Made by a program: the position numbers and the translations under genes. From positions 3,162,001 to 3,226,000 of the forward strand of contig NC_087458.1 of NCBI RefSeq assembly GCF_036321535.1: 64,000 nt of DNA, in the 5' to 3' direction. The notes beneath the pieces were generated by a model. It ran no database searches and had not been told where the DNA came from. It worked only from the letters and a program-made list of their open reading frames with translations. Shown piece by piece: positions 24,901 through 53,331 of this stretch. Numbering within the stretch: the stretch's first letter is position 1; every line of letters begins with the position of its first letter. Source of the stretch: Camelus dromedarius (Eukaryota).

Positions 24901-26285
24901 GGTACTGGGGATTGAACCCAGGTCCTCGTGCATGGTAAGCATATGTGCTACCTCTGAGCTGTACCCACCCCTTGAGAAGACAGGATTCTTTAAATTCCGG
25001 ATTTAACAAACATAGCCTAAGGGGAAGAGGGATTTTCGAGATACATTTCTACACTTTTAAATATGGCACCATGGATGTACAATTACTCGGCACTGCAGAG
25101 AATTAAGAATGAACTGGAAGGAGATACTGCTGAACTGGTGGGTAGGCTGGTGGGGAGGGTAAGGGGAACCAGCTCTAACAGTCCCCAACTCCATTCTAGC
25201 TATTCCTGTTCCATACTGTCCGCCGAGNNNNNNNNNNNNNNNNNNNNNNNNNNNNNNNNNNNNNNNNNNNNNNNNNNNNNNNNNNNNNNNNNNNNNNNNN
25301 NNNNNNNNNNNNNNNNNNNNNNNNNNNNNNNNNNNNNNNNNNNNNNNNNNNNNNNNNNNNNNNNNNNNNNNNNNNNNNNNNNNNNNNNNNNACAAGAAAG
25401 GGGAACCATGGTGAGACCCCAGACCCCAGGCCCTAACCCATACCCTACTGCTTCTAACCTCATTTATTTGATAGTGATCTATCAAACCAAAAGTGAAATA
25501 CCACCCATATCTCTAGCACCTGATGCTACACATAATGTTATTGAATGCCTTCAATTATAACTTCATTCTCTGAAGTTGAGTTAGCTGGGCAAGAATAAGG
25601 AGAAAAGGGATCAGTATTCTCCTGTTAGACACCAGCACGTCTTCAAATAGACTTGGCAGCTTCATGTAACACAGCATCTTAATCGAAACCTTTTTTTCCC
25701 AGCATGTCTATCATAATCCCTGGGGGGAGGAGAGTGTATCGTCCTAGGCTGGGAAGGGAAAGGCGGCATGCAGCATTTTCTTCCTTGTAGAGGGGGAGAG
25801 CTCTATTTATGCCCATTCATCAACTCAGGAGCTGAGTGGTTCTGAATTTGAGTGTGTTTTCTAAATTCCCAGCCTCTGCCGGTGAATTTGCCCTCCGCCG
25901 CTCCTTAGACAATCGTCCCCGTGTTCGTCTTCGGGCCCTGCGACTGGCCCTGCTTGTCCTGCTGACCTTCATCCTCTGCTGGACACCTTATTACCTGCTA
26001 GGTCTCTGGTACTGGTTCTCTCCCACCATGCTAAATGAAGTGCCTCCCAGCCTCAGCCACATCCTTTTCCTCTTTGGCCTCCTCAATGCTCCTCTGGATC
26101 CTCTCCTCTATGGGGCCTTCACCCTTGGCTGCCGAAGAGGGCATCAAGAACTTAGTATAGACTCCTCCAGAGAAGGAGGATCTGGAAGAAAGCCCCCGCA
26201 GGAGATTCAAGCCCTTAGACAGATGGAAATACAAGCAAATGTGGCAGCAAAAGAGGCAGGAGAAACAAAAGAGACATTTCTATAA
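21931..26285 (+). CDS. GNRHR2: Type II GnRH receptor, 3 coding exons, open in all visible sequence (376 aa if the gap length is correct)
   Basis: Exon 1 21931-22437 (MSAGNGT...LALPQ, 169 codons). Exon 2 25200-25410 (LFLFHTVRR-gap 25228-25391-TRKGNH). Exon 3 25873-26285 (SAGEFALRR...ETKETFL*). Lengths 507+211+413=1131 nt. Class A GPCR motifs LAAAD, DRQ, CWTPYY, DPLLY, ECL3 PPS motif and a retained C-terminal tail. Confidence 0.93.
24633..24638 (-). terminator. Candidate distal RBM8A poly(A) signal (AATAAA) inside GNRHR2 intron 1
   Basis: Minus strand ...CAATGTTAAATAAAATC. A further AATAAA lies at 25463-25468. Confidence 0.45.
24872..24971 (-). mobile_element. tRNA-derived SINE
   Basis: T-rich tail followed by the reverse complement of a tRNA-like head (GGGGATTGAACCCAGG...TGAGCTGTACCC). 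Confidence 0.75.
25228..25391. other. Assembly gap (164 N) inside GNRHR2 exon 2
   Basis: Run of N. Confidence 1.
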
Positions 26286-26582
26286 CATCCATTTGCTCAG
26301 GACAGAGTACACAGGAACAGAATAATTATTCTTTAGTATCACAAGAATATCTGACTTCTACCCTGCTCTCTTAGCTTCCAAGAAAAAGAAATACTGAGCA
26401 GTCTCTACTTTGACCCCAGCTGAGACTTGAGACTATGTCTACTGTAGAAACTCACACAGAATTCAGTCCCTGGGAGAAGTATCTTCACAGTGACCCACAC
26501 TACCTTACTGTAAATAGTGCTTCAGAGCTTGCAATGTCAGAACAGGAAAGTAATTTTAAATGTAGAAAACAAAAATGGGACA

Positions 26583-26588
26583 TTTATT
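26583..26588 (-). terminator. Proximal RBM8A poly(A) signal (AATAAA)
   Basis: TTTATT on + strand about 140 nt past the RBM8A stop. Confidence 0.65.
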
Positions 26589-26627
26589 CATAACTCAAAA
26601 GAAACACTAAGCAGGAAAGGGTAAGAG

Positions 26628-26633
26628 ATTAAA
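26628..26633 (+). terminator. Candidate GNRHR2 poly(A) signal (ATTAAA)
   Basis: First canonical-type hexamer I found on + strand downstream of the GNRHR2 stop (26285). Confidence 0.45.
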
Positions 26634-26729
26634 TATAAAACACAGTGAGTTCCACCCCAGCCCTATTTCCCCAAAGCTGCATGGTCAAATGGAACCTCTG
26701 GAGAGAACACCAGAACAACAGAAGATGGG

Positions 26730-28520
<1,791 letters not shown>

Positions 28521-30849
28521 GAGACGCCCATCCTGGTTTTTTTTTTTGTTAAAGGCTTGCTTCGCGTCTCCTTTCACTCCATACTAGGGAATGGAAGTTG
28601 AAGAGAGATTTTTTCTCTAGAAACTTCCAGACCTATACTGTGCCGAGGAGCAGCCTGATCTATGATGGAAGCATTAAAAAAAAAAAATGTAGTTCAGTCA
28701 GCAGTTCTGCCTCAAAAAGCTGCTTCTGGAACGTACTGCAGCACGAATTTTCTCTCCTAAAAAAACCCTAGCAGACCTGGTTGTCCGGTAAAATAAGATT
28801 GGGGAGACAAATATCAACCTTAAAGAAAAAGAAAACTCACTCAAATTCTTTCCTCCACTTATGGAAATTAAAAAAGAAAAATCACGGCTTTGAACAAAAT
28901 AGGAGCTTTAGCTTCTCTGAGGATGGTACAAATATTTAACATTTAAAAACCTAGGAGTTGAGGCAAAACCCATGTTGCCCCCACATTCTGGAATCTACAT
29001 AGACCTTAAACAATAGTGGACTGTGGGTTTATTTATTAATGTTAAAGTCAAACAGTTATGAATGTCGATATGTGTGTCTAATATTTTAAGAGGTGCTGGC
29101 AGAACGGGGAAATTCCTGTGTTGTCAACAGTCACTTTATAATTACATTAGGAAAGTGATCATTGCCATAGCACAAAGTTCTATGGCGGAACAAAGAAAAT
29201 TTCTAATAGGACTGGAAGTAAGGAGAGTGCATGTAAGGGGGGCCCTCCATTTGAACTAGGACTTTAAGGTTGGGTAGTTTTACAGGGAAAGCAGTTGTAC
29301 TGAGACTTAGATACATCTGTTCTCTGCAGTAGGTACTGTGGTCTTTGGAAAAATGAGTTGGTTACATCTCTACTGAAAATCCTCCCTTGACTTACTTTTG
29401 CACTTAGAATGAAAAAGTTCAGGCTCACACAGCCTGCTCTGCCTCTCTCCCACCTCTTCCACCACCATTCTTCCCTCTCACCCATTAAACTCTCCCTATA
29501 CTTTCTCTCAGCTATGTTGTACTCCTTCCCATCTAAGGACTTTTGCAAATCTCTGTCCCTGATCCTCTCACTCCAGCTCTTGGGGTCTTCACTCTTATTT
29601 CCTTCACAGGATTTAAACTCAAAGCTTTAATTACCTTGCTTACTTTCTGACTTGTTTATTGTCTATTTTGACTTGTTTATTGTTTATTGTCAGAATGGCA
29701 AGAAACTCTGTATTCCTGATGCTCTATAACTAGGAAATAAAGCTGGAAGTATAGTTTATGGTCAAACTGTACGCCATGCTAAGGATTTTGGAACTTACCC
29801 TGTAGGCAAGAAATGTTTCTAGTTCAATATTTTAGTACTCATAATTTTTAATGTTTGCAAATAGCCCCCACACTATTTTTGGTTCTTATTTTTCCTTAAA
29901 TAGACTGGCATTTTAAAAAGTTTACACTAAGTTTAAATATCACTGCCATAAATGGAAAAAAAATTTTTTCTATTACAAACTCAGATTAAAACATAACTAG
30001 AAAAAATAAAAATGTTTCCCCATCTACCACCTAAAGTCATCTCAGGTAACACCAAGGGTTCACATATAAACCTTTGGGAAGTGCTGCCAAAGGTAAAGAT
30101 AGCTAAGTGATGGTTTAAGCAAGGGATTGGTACAGCTATAAGTATTTTAGAAAGAAATCTGATAGGAGTGTGGAGGATGTTAAGAATGAAGGTAGAGACT
30201 AGTTAGGAAAAGACTGCTGTGGTCCAGCTCAGAGGTGAAAAAGGACTGAACTAAGAGAGTAGATATGGACAAAGCAGGTTAGGAAGTTTATATAGGAGGT
30301 AAACTCAACAGTAAGTGACTGATTAGATGATATTAGGGGAGAATTGAGGATGAATCTGAGGTTCTAGCTTAGATAACTGGGCAGATAATTTCAATAACAG
30401 ATCTGGGGAGTCAAAGAGGAGCATGTATGGAGAAAAGGATTTTATTTTAGTTATGTAAGTTCAAAGAGCTTGTGTCATCCGGGTGGTAATGTTCAGTGTG
30501 TGGAAATATAGATGTAAGAGCTCAGGAGAAAAACAGAAAAGCTCAAAACAGGTTGGGATGGAAGAAATAGGTTTGAGAATTGTGTGTATGATAGCGTTTA
30601 AGCCACCTTTGTGGGTGAGATTGCCAGCAGAAGTGGGGAGAGCTTGAGGAGAAAGTGCCAAGGACAAAATCCAAGCTCCTCAAATGTCTGGAGAAGGGGA
30701 AACGGAATACCCTCCCCTGGTAGTACAACCTTATTTCTACCACCCCAAAAATACTCATAGGAGTTCTTTTTAAGTGTATATATGTAAGAGAAAGTATCCT
30801 CTGATACATAAGTCTCAAGAAAGAGTCAGTCTGGCTTACTAGACAAAAA

Positions 30850-30855
30850 TTTATT
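30850..30855 (-). terminator. Candidate LIX1L poly(A) signal (AATAAA)
   Basis: TTTATT on + strand at the end of ~2 kb of mostly non-repeat sequence past the last exon; L2 repeat begins beyond it. Confidence 0.5.
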
Positions 30856-32772
30856 TTTAATTGTATTAAATTGTACATATAAAATACAAAGAAAGTACTA
30901 AAAAGGTAAGTAAAACTTTAACACCAGAAGTGGACAGATACGGGAACAATTTTTCTCAAGTTCTTTGGGCTCTTACTGGTAGATATTTGAGAAAAATAAT
31001 CCAGGGGGTGCAAGGACAAATTCTTCCCACAACTCACATGCCTTAACACTTCCCAGAGAAAAGAGCACAGGAGAAAAGAGGGTTTATGATTTCTGGATTA
31101 TAAGTATCCATAAAGACTGAATAGACACACGTCTTATTTAATGTAGGAGCCTCTGCTCAAACCCTACATTTGCTTCATGGAATACAGAGATGGGGCTTGG
31201 AGAATTCAAGGACATCTCTTTCAAGCACTAATACAATTGCTGCTAGATTCCTTACCTCTGATCCCACAAGTACTGGTCACCAAGATGATTTCAAAAGTAA
31301 GAAAGCTAACTTTCATCTTTTCCCTATCTGATCCAAAACAGCAAATTGTAGCATGTTTCCTAACCTATCTCTAAAAGCAAAGTGCATAATTGTTAAATGG
31401 GAAGTGCAACTGCAGGAGCATTGAGTTTCTCAAACTCAGTTTAGAAAGTGCATTGAACTATAACACAGCATAAAGGAGATTACAGAAAAAAGGGGGAAAT
31501 ATATTTTAGAGAGACCCACAAAAAAACTTCCCAAAGGGAAATGCTTTCGCTGTACTCCAGATCATTTCTGTCCTATTTCCCCTAGGAAAGAGGTGGGGGA
31601 AGAGAACAGTATTAAAAACACAAGCAGCTGATCAATGATTCTCTTTCCTTTCCTGTAGTCTCTCAAGGTTCCAATAAGGAAGTGCCATAATGCCAAAGTC
31701 TCATCTAATTTTCCTGATCAGCTCATGCTCTAATAATCAAAGGAAAGGAAGAGGAAAGAAAAGAGAGAAAACATGAATCTAAGGTATGTACATCCAAGGT
31801 AGTAAACAGCAGCAACTTCGTGGGAATAGGAGGGACATGGCCCTCACCAAATTGGACAGATACTGTTTCCAAAGGGCAAAATGATGAGAGGAGAGAGAGG
31901 AGGGAAACATGTTTTACCTTCTACCAATCTTTGCAGGCAGGAATGTCTAAAGACAGGGTTTGACTAAGGTAAGGAGGGGAGGAGGAATGAAAAGGGAAAA
32001 CTGAAGATAAGCGGCTTCAATCCTGACCCCTTCAGCAGAGCACATCTGGAGACCTGGACTGCTGGTGTGGTACCTGTGCCCCAGAAGCAGCATTACGTGA
32101 TAAACCCCTACAGGTTGTATTTATAAGTCTTCTCTTATTCCTGGGCAGTTTCTCAGCAATAATTTTAAAAATAAGAAACCAGATCTTCACTTCCTTCTAA
32201 ATAATAAAGTAAGGAAAGCCTCAAAATGAAGTACCATCTGGAGGCAGAGGAGGAGTAAGGTGGTGGGGGGAGGGGGGAGAGGGTGGTGTAGGCTATGAAA
32301 TATCTGGTTACTGGAGGAACAGCTTGGTACCACATAGGCCCAGCTTAAGATAAGCCAAAGCCAAAGTCTTCATTTTCATGCCCCATTGGGTCCAAGAGAA
32401 AGGAAGAATGAGGGTTAGGGTGGGGCACACAGTCCTTATTCAAGCTCCCTGTTATTTGAAAAGAAGGAAACATGAACACAGTCAATCATTTTGCGCTGTT
32501 AAAATGACTACAGAGTTACTGGGAGTGTAAGAGCCAACAAAGCTCCAAAGACAGCCTGCTCTGTTTGTCAAGCGACACGGAGATGTTTCAAATGCAACTA
32601 CATCCCAAAACTAGAAGTAAGAAAAATGATCTCTTAGCAAATAGGAATCCAAGTGTAGAATTTATACATACATACACATATATATTCTGTATTTTAAAGT
32701 ATAAAGTTGAGAAAGTATGTACAGGAATCACACTAAGTTTTAGAAAGGACATATAAAAAAGGGCCTGGGGAG

Positions 32773-32903
32773 NNNNNNNNNNNNNNNNNNNNNNNNNNNN
32801 NNNNNNNNNNNNNNNNNNNNNNNNNNNNNNNNNNNNNNNNNNNNNNNNNNNNNNNNNNNNNNNNNNNNNNNNNNNNNNNNNNNNNNNNNNNNNNNNNNNN
32901 NNN
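32773..32903. other. Assembly gap (131 N) over the LIX1L stop codon
   Basis: Run of N. Confidence 1.
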
Positions 32904-49720
<16,817 letters not shown>

Positions 49721-50576
49721 AGACCGGATGAGAGGATTCTCAGAGAGCCTTTGTCCCCGACCATTGCATTACATAAATATAGATGAGGAAAATGGTTCAG
49801 AGAAGTGATGTGACTTGTCCAAGATCACATGCAATCGGTGGTGGAGCTAAAGCAAGGAAAGATACTGACGTTTAATGAGCGTATACTTACTATATATCAG
49901 ACACTAAACAATATACTGTAGTGCAGTTTAATTTAATAATCACAATCACTAACTAGATTTTCTTATTTTACAGATAAGGAAGCTGACTGAGAGGCTAGAA
50001 AAATTGCCCAAAATTAAACAGTCAGAAGATGGTAAAGGGGATTCAGACATAAATCTTCTGATTACCAACAGTTTTATTTTTTTCATTACACCACATCATT
50101 GGGTAATTTTCTGATTTCATATATTTTAAACTTGAGAGAGTAGGGAAGAGTAGAATGGGTTGCTCCCCTACCTCTCATTAGAGTAAGGAAGAGTTAGAAT
50201 ATAGGAAGAAAACCAGCAAGCTGAAAGGTCCACAGGGAAGATTAAGACAGGTACTTTTGTTCATCAAACCTGCCAGGCTGGGTTCCTCCAATTACTTCTA
50301 CACAATTACACACACACACATTACACAGCCTTTGTCAGTTGACAATCATACCATTTTTACCTAGGTGAGGTTATAATAACTAATTCTCTCTCCCTTTGTC
50401 TCTCTCTCTCTGTCTCCAGATTTCTCTCTTTCTCTCTCTCCATCCTACAGTGGCTCAGAAATCAAAGATGGGGAAACGGAAGGCAGAAGTGGAAGAAAAT
50501 GGATAAAATACACCTGGTAAGGTGACAGTTAAACCCCCAAGGAAAGACTGAGTGGTTAAGAAATAGGAAGCTTGAA

Positions 50577-50686
50577 TGTATGTGTCTTCGTGTATGACTG
50601 AAGCATTATGCTGTATACCAGAAATTGACACATTATAAACTGACTATACTTAAATATATGTATATACACACAGACACACATTAAAA
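50577..50686 (+). mobile_element. Very short LINE-1 3' stub with 19-bp TSD
   Basis: TSD AAGAAATAGGAAGCTTGAA at 50558-50576 and 50687-50705. Insert ATGACTGAAGCATTATGCTGTATACCAGAAATTGACACATTATAAACTGACTATACT resembles the other L1 3' ends in the window. Confidence 0.88.
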
Positions 50687-51017
50687 AAGAAATAGGAAGC
50701 TTGAAAGAGGGACAGTTAACCTACTGGGATATATCTGCTGATGGTGGGAGGGATTCTTTGTAGGAATCTTAAGTAAAGCATTTGAGGATGGACATAGGAG
50801 AGAAATGAAAACCTATCAAATGCCTTAAAACCTTCAGGACACAGGACACGTACCTTTTCTTCTACAACCACAGTTGGTCTGGAAAGAATGTGGCTAGAAT
50901 CTTGACGTATCCTCTAGATACTTACAGCTGCAGTTAGCATCACCCTCCCTCCCTATTCCTCATTCCCCACACCCCCCACTCCCGGCAGAAGTGACAAAAC
51001 AGAGACTTCTGAACACA

Positions 51018-51023
51018 TTTATT
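51018..51023 (-). terminator. Candidate ANKRD34A poly(A) signal (AATAAA)
   Basis: TTTATT on + strand about 820 nt past the ANKRD34A stop. Confidence 0.6.
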
Positions 51024-51840
51024 TGATATGTCAAGTGGAGAGAGAAGTGATTTAGGGTTACTCCCCACTTCTACCTGTGGGGGTGTTCATAAGCTCTGAC
51101 AGAAGAGCAGCTTAGAGCCCATGACCCACCCCCTGGGAAAATGAGACAACCTGTTGTATTGGTTGGGGCAACAGGGTGGGAAGAAAAAGCAGGAAGTTGA
51201 GAAGTAAAGCTGAAAGCAGGAAGGGCAGCAGCAGAACTGAGGCTTAGGATTGCTGCAGGAAACCCCTAAGGAGAGTAAAGAAGATATCCTGAAAAGTGTT
51301 TAGGGCTGGAAGCAGGGTGTGAACAAGAAGCCAGTCCTGGAGAGAGAAGCAAGACCTGCAGATGGGGTGGAGATTCACGAAGAGGGTGGAGTGTCCAAAA
51401 TCATGAGCGGGCTGTGTTGCAGGGCATACATGGAAAGCAAGGGATTGCTATTGCAGGAGGGTAAAGAGATTTTTGACTACCCCATAAATAGGGGCTCACT
51501 ACTGCTTTTGAACAAATGCAAGTGAGTTTGGGACCCTTTTGGGGCCCTAGCACAAGTGGCCCTGTGTGTGTCGTGCCTGTGGGTACACAAGTAATTCCCA
51601 CATGCATGTGAAGTGACCAGGGCATGAATGCATGTCCCTATGCCCAATAAATTGAGTACTTACCCTTCCCTGCAAATATGGGTACTGTGCTTGTGGACAC
51701 ATGTTTACCCATGTGTGTGTGCACCGTGCCCATGAGCACATGCAAGAGACCCCTATGTCCGTGGTGTGTGTGTGAGCTGGTTGTCCCACCTGTCCCATCG
51801 AGGTCCTGATCCCCACCCTTCTTGGCTCCTCTCACTCCTC

Positions 51841-53331
51841 TCAGCGGCCGGGCTCCCCAGGCCCGCCTAGACTCTGGAAGCCCCCTAGCAGGCGGATCTG
51901 CTCAGTCTGCATGGAGTGGCGCCTCACCAACTTGCGCTTGGTCCTGGGAGAGCCTGGCGCCCCCGCCTGGGGAGGGGCGGGCAGCGAAGGCGCCCGACCT
52001 CCGGGTTGGGGGCGAATGTCGGGGATGGGAGGGTGGGGGCTGACATTGAGCGGGGGCAGGAAACCAGGCCGCGTTTGCGCGATGTGGTCCAGGAGCAACG
52101 TCCCCGAGCCCCTCCGCTCCAGCAGCCCTGGACTCCGCCTCCGCCCGCTGAGTGGAGACACAGCCCCAGGCAGACTCTCTTGGGACTGGCGCGGGGAGGG
52201 AGCCGAGCCAGCTGGAGGGAGGCTCAGCGGGGAGGCGCTGTATCGGCGGCGCTCCAGGGACAAGCGGCTGCACTCCGGCGAGTCGGGGCAAAGATTTCCG
52301 GGGGTATCGAGCTCCACCGGCTCCATGCGGCTCAGTTTCTGTCTCAGCCCGGAAGGAGGGCCAGACTCCTGAGCTTCTGGCGCGGTGTTTCGGCGCGAGA
52401 GAGGACCCCCACCGGTCACTTTCTCCGCCCACGGGGGCGGGTCCTCTGGGCCTTCAGTGCTGTGACGTCTGGAAAGACGCGGTCGACCTGTCAGGGTCAG
52501 GCCGTTGAATTCGGCGGTCAGGCGCTCGATCCCCGGCCTCCCTTCGGCGGGTGGGACTGGTTGAGGAGGCGCAACTAGGCCCCAGGGCTCGGAGTTGAGC
52601 CTTTTGAGTGGTTTTGGAGGATGACGGGGTGGTTTGGGGAGTGGCTCAGAAGGGGAGGGGTCATCGGGGGGTTTAGGAAGAGGGAATTCAAATACGTCCC
52701 GCTTCTCCTCTTCTTCCTGGGCGCGAGGGGATAGCAACCCCCGTCCTCCTCCTCCTGCAGTCTGCAGCTGGATTTCCGAAGGCGACGTGCAGACCCCTGG
52801 GCTAGGAGGAGCGGGAGCTGGGTCCTCTACCCCCGGGGACGGTGGGGAATTGAGATACTGCCGGGTCTTCTTGGTGCCCGAGGGCGAGGTGTCGGTGGTG
52901 ATGATGATGACCTCCGTGCCTTTGGCCTTACAGGCGTCCAGCAGCGTGGCAAGGGTCTCGCGATCCCCGCGGTCCAGGGCGTGGACAAGCGCCGAGGCGC
53001 CCGCGTGATCTCGGACTGAGGGGTCTGCTCCATGGGCAAGAAGCAGAGAGGCCACGGCGGCGCCCCCACCGCCCGCGCAAGCGTGCATGAGGGCCGTGCG
53101 TCCTAGGCGATCTGCGATGTTGGGGTCCGCGCCTTGCTCCAGGAGGTAGCGTACCATGCGCGCCTTGTTCTGGGGGTCGTCGTAGCGGGCCCGACAGGCC
53201 GCCATTAGCGCAGTCTCCCCTTGGGCATCACCCTCATTCACGTAGGCGCCCCCCTCCAGAAGCAAACGGGCCAAGCGTAGCTTACCCTGACCCACGGCCC
53301 GAAGAAGAGCGTGGCCCTCGGTGTGCAGCAT
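51841..53331 (-). CDS. ANKRD34A: Ankyrin repeat domain 34A, single coding exon, 496 aa
   Basis: Uninterrupted ORF MLHTEGHALLRAVGQGKLRLARLLLEGGAYVN... with N-terminal ankyrin repeats and a Pro/Ser-rich C-terminus ending GGPGEPGR. Acceptor of the coding exon at 53446 (tttttttgcag|GG). Syntenic position between LIX1L and POLR3GL. Confidence 0.96.
   Translation of the reverse strand: MLHTEGHALLRAVGQGKLRLARLLLEGGAYVNEGDAQGETALMAACRARYDDPQNKARMVRYLLEQGADPNIADRLGRTALMHACAGGGGAAVASLLLAHGADPSVRDHAGASALVHALDRGDRETLATLLDACKAKGTEVIIITTDTSPSGTKKTRQYLNSPPSPGVEDPAPAPPSPGVCTSPSEIQLQTAGGGGRGLLSPRAQEEEEKRDVFEFPLPKPPDDPSPSEPLPKPPRHPPKPLKRLNSEPWGLVAPPQPVPPAEGRPGIERLTAEFNGLTLTGRPRLSRRHSTEGPEDPPPWAEKVTGGGPLSRRNTAPEAQESGPPSGLRQKLSRMEPVELDTPGNLCPDSPECSRLSLERRRYSASPLSLPPAGSAPSPRQSQESLPGAVSPLSGRRRSPGLLERRGSGTLLLDHIAQTRPGFLPPLNVSPHPPIPDIRPQPGGRAPSLPAPPQAGAPGSPRTKRKLVRRHSMQTEQIRLLGGFQSLGGPGEPGR

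Noticed and set aside
29648-29690. Cluster of minus-strand AATAAA in a short tandem duplication as the LIX1L 3' end
   Set aside because: It lies beyond L2/MER repeats in a low-complexity duplication; 30850 is a more parsimonious signal. Not excluded.
51750-51775. REST/RE1-like site near the neuronal gene ANKRD34A (TGTCCGTGGTG)
   Set aside because: Only the central 11 nt match; the essential GCTGA end is missing. Other candidates near 54125-54185 were also poor.
51902-53069. Several 80-220 aa alternative-frame and antisense ORFs over ANKRD34A
   Set aside because: Expected from stop-codon depletion in a very GC-rich coding exon; no independent homology recognised.
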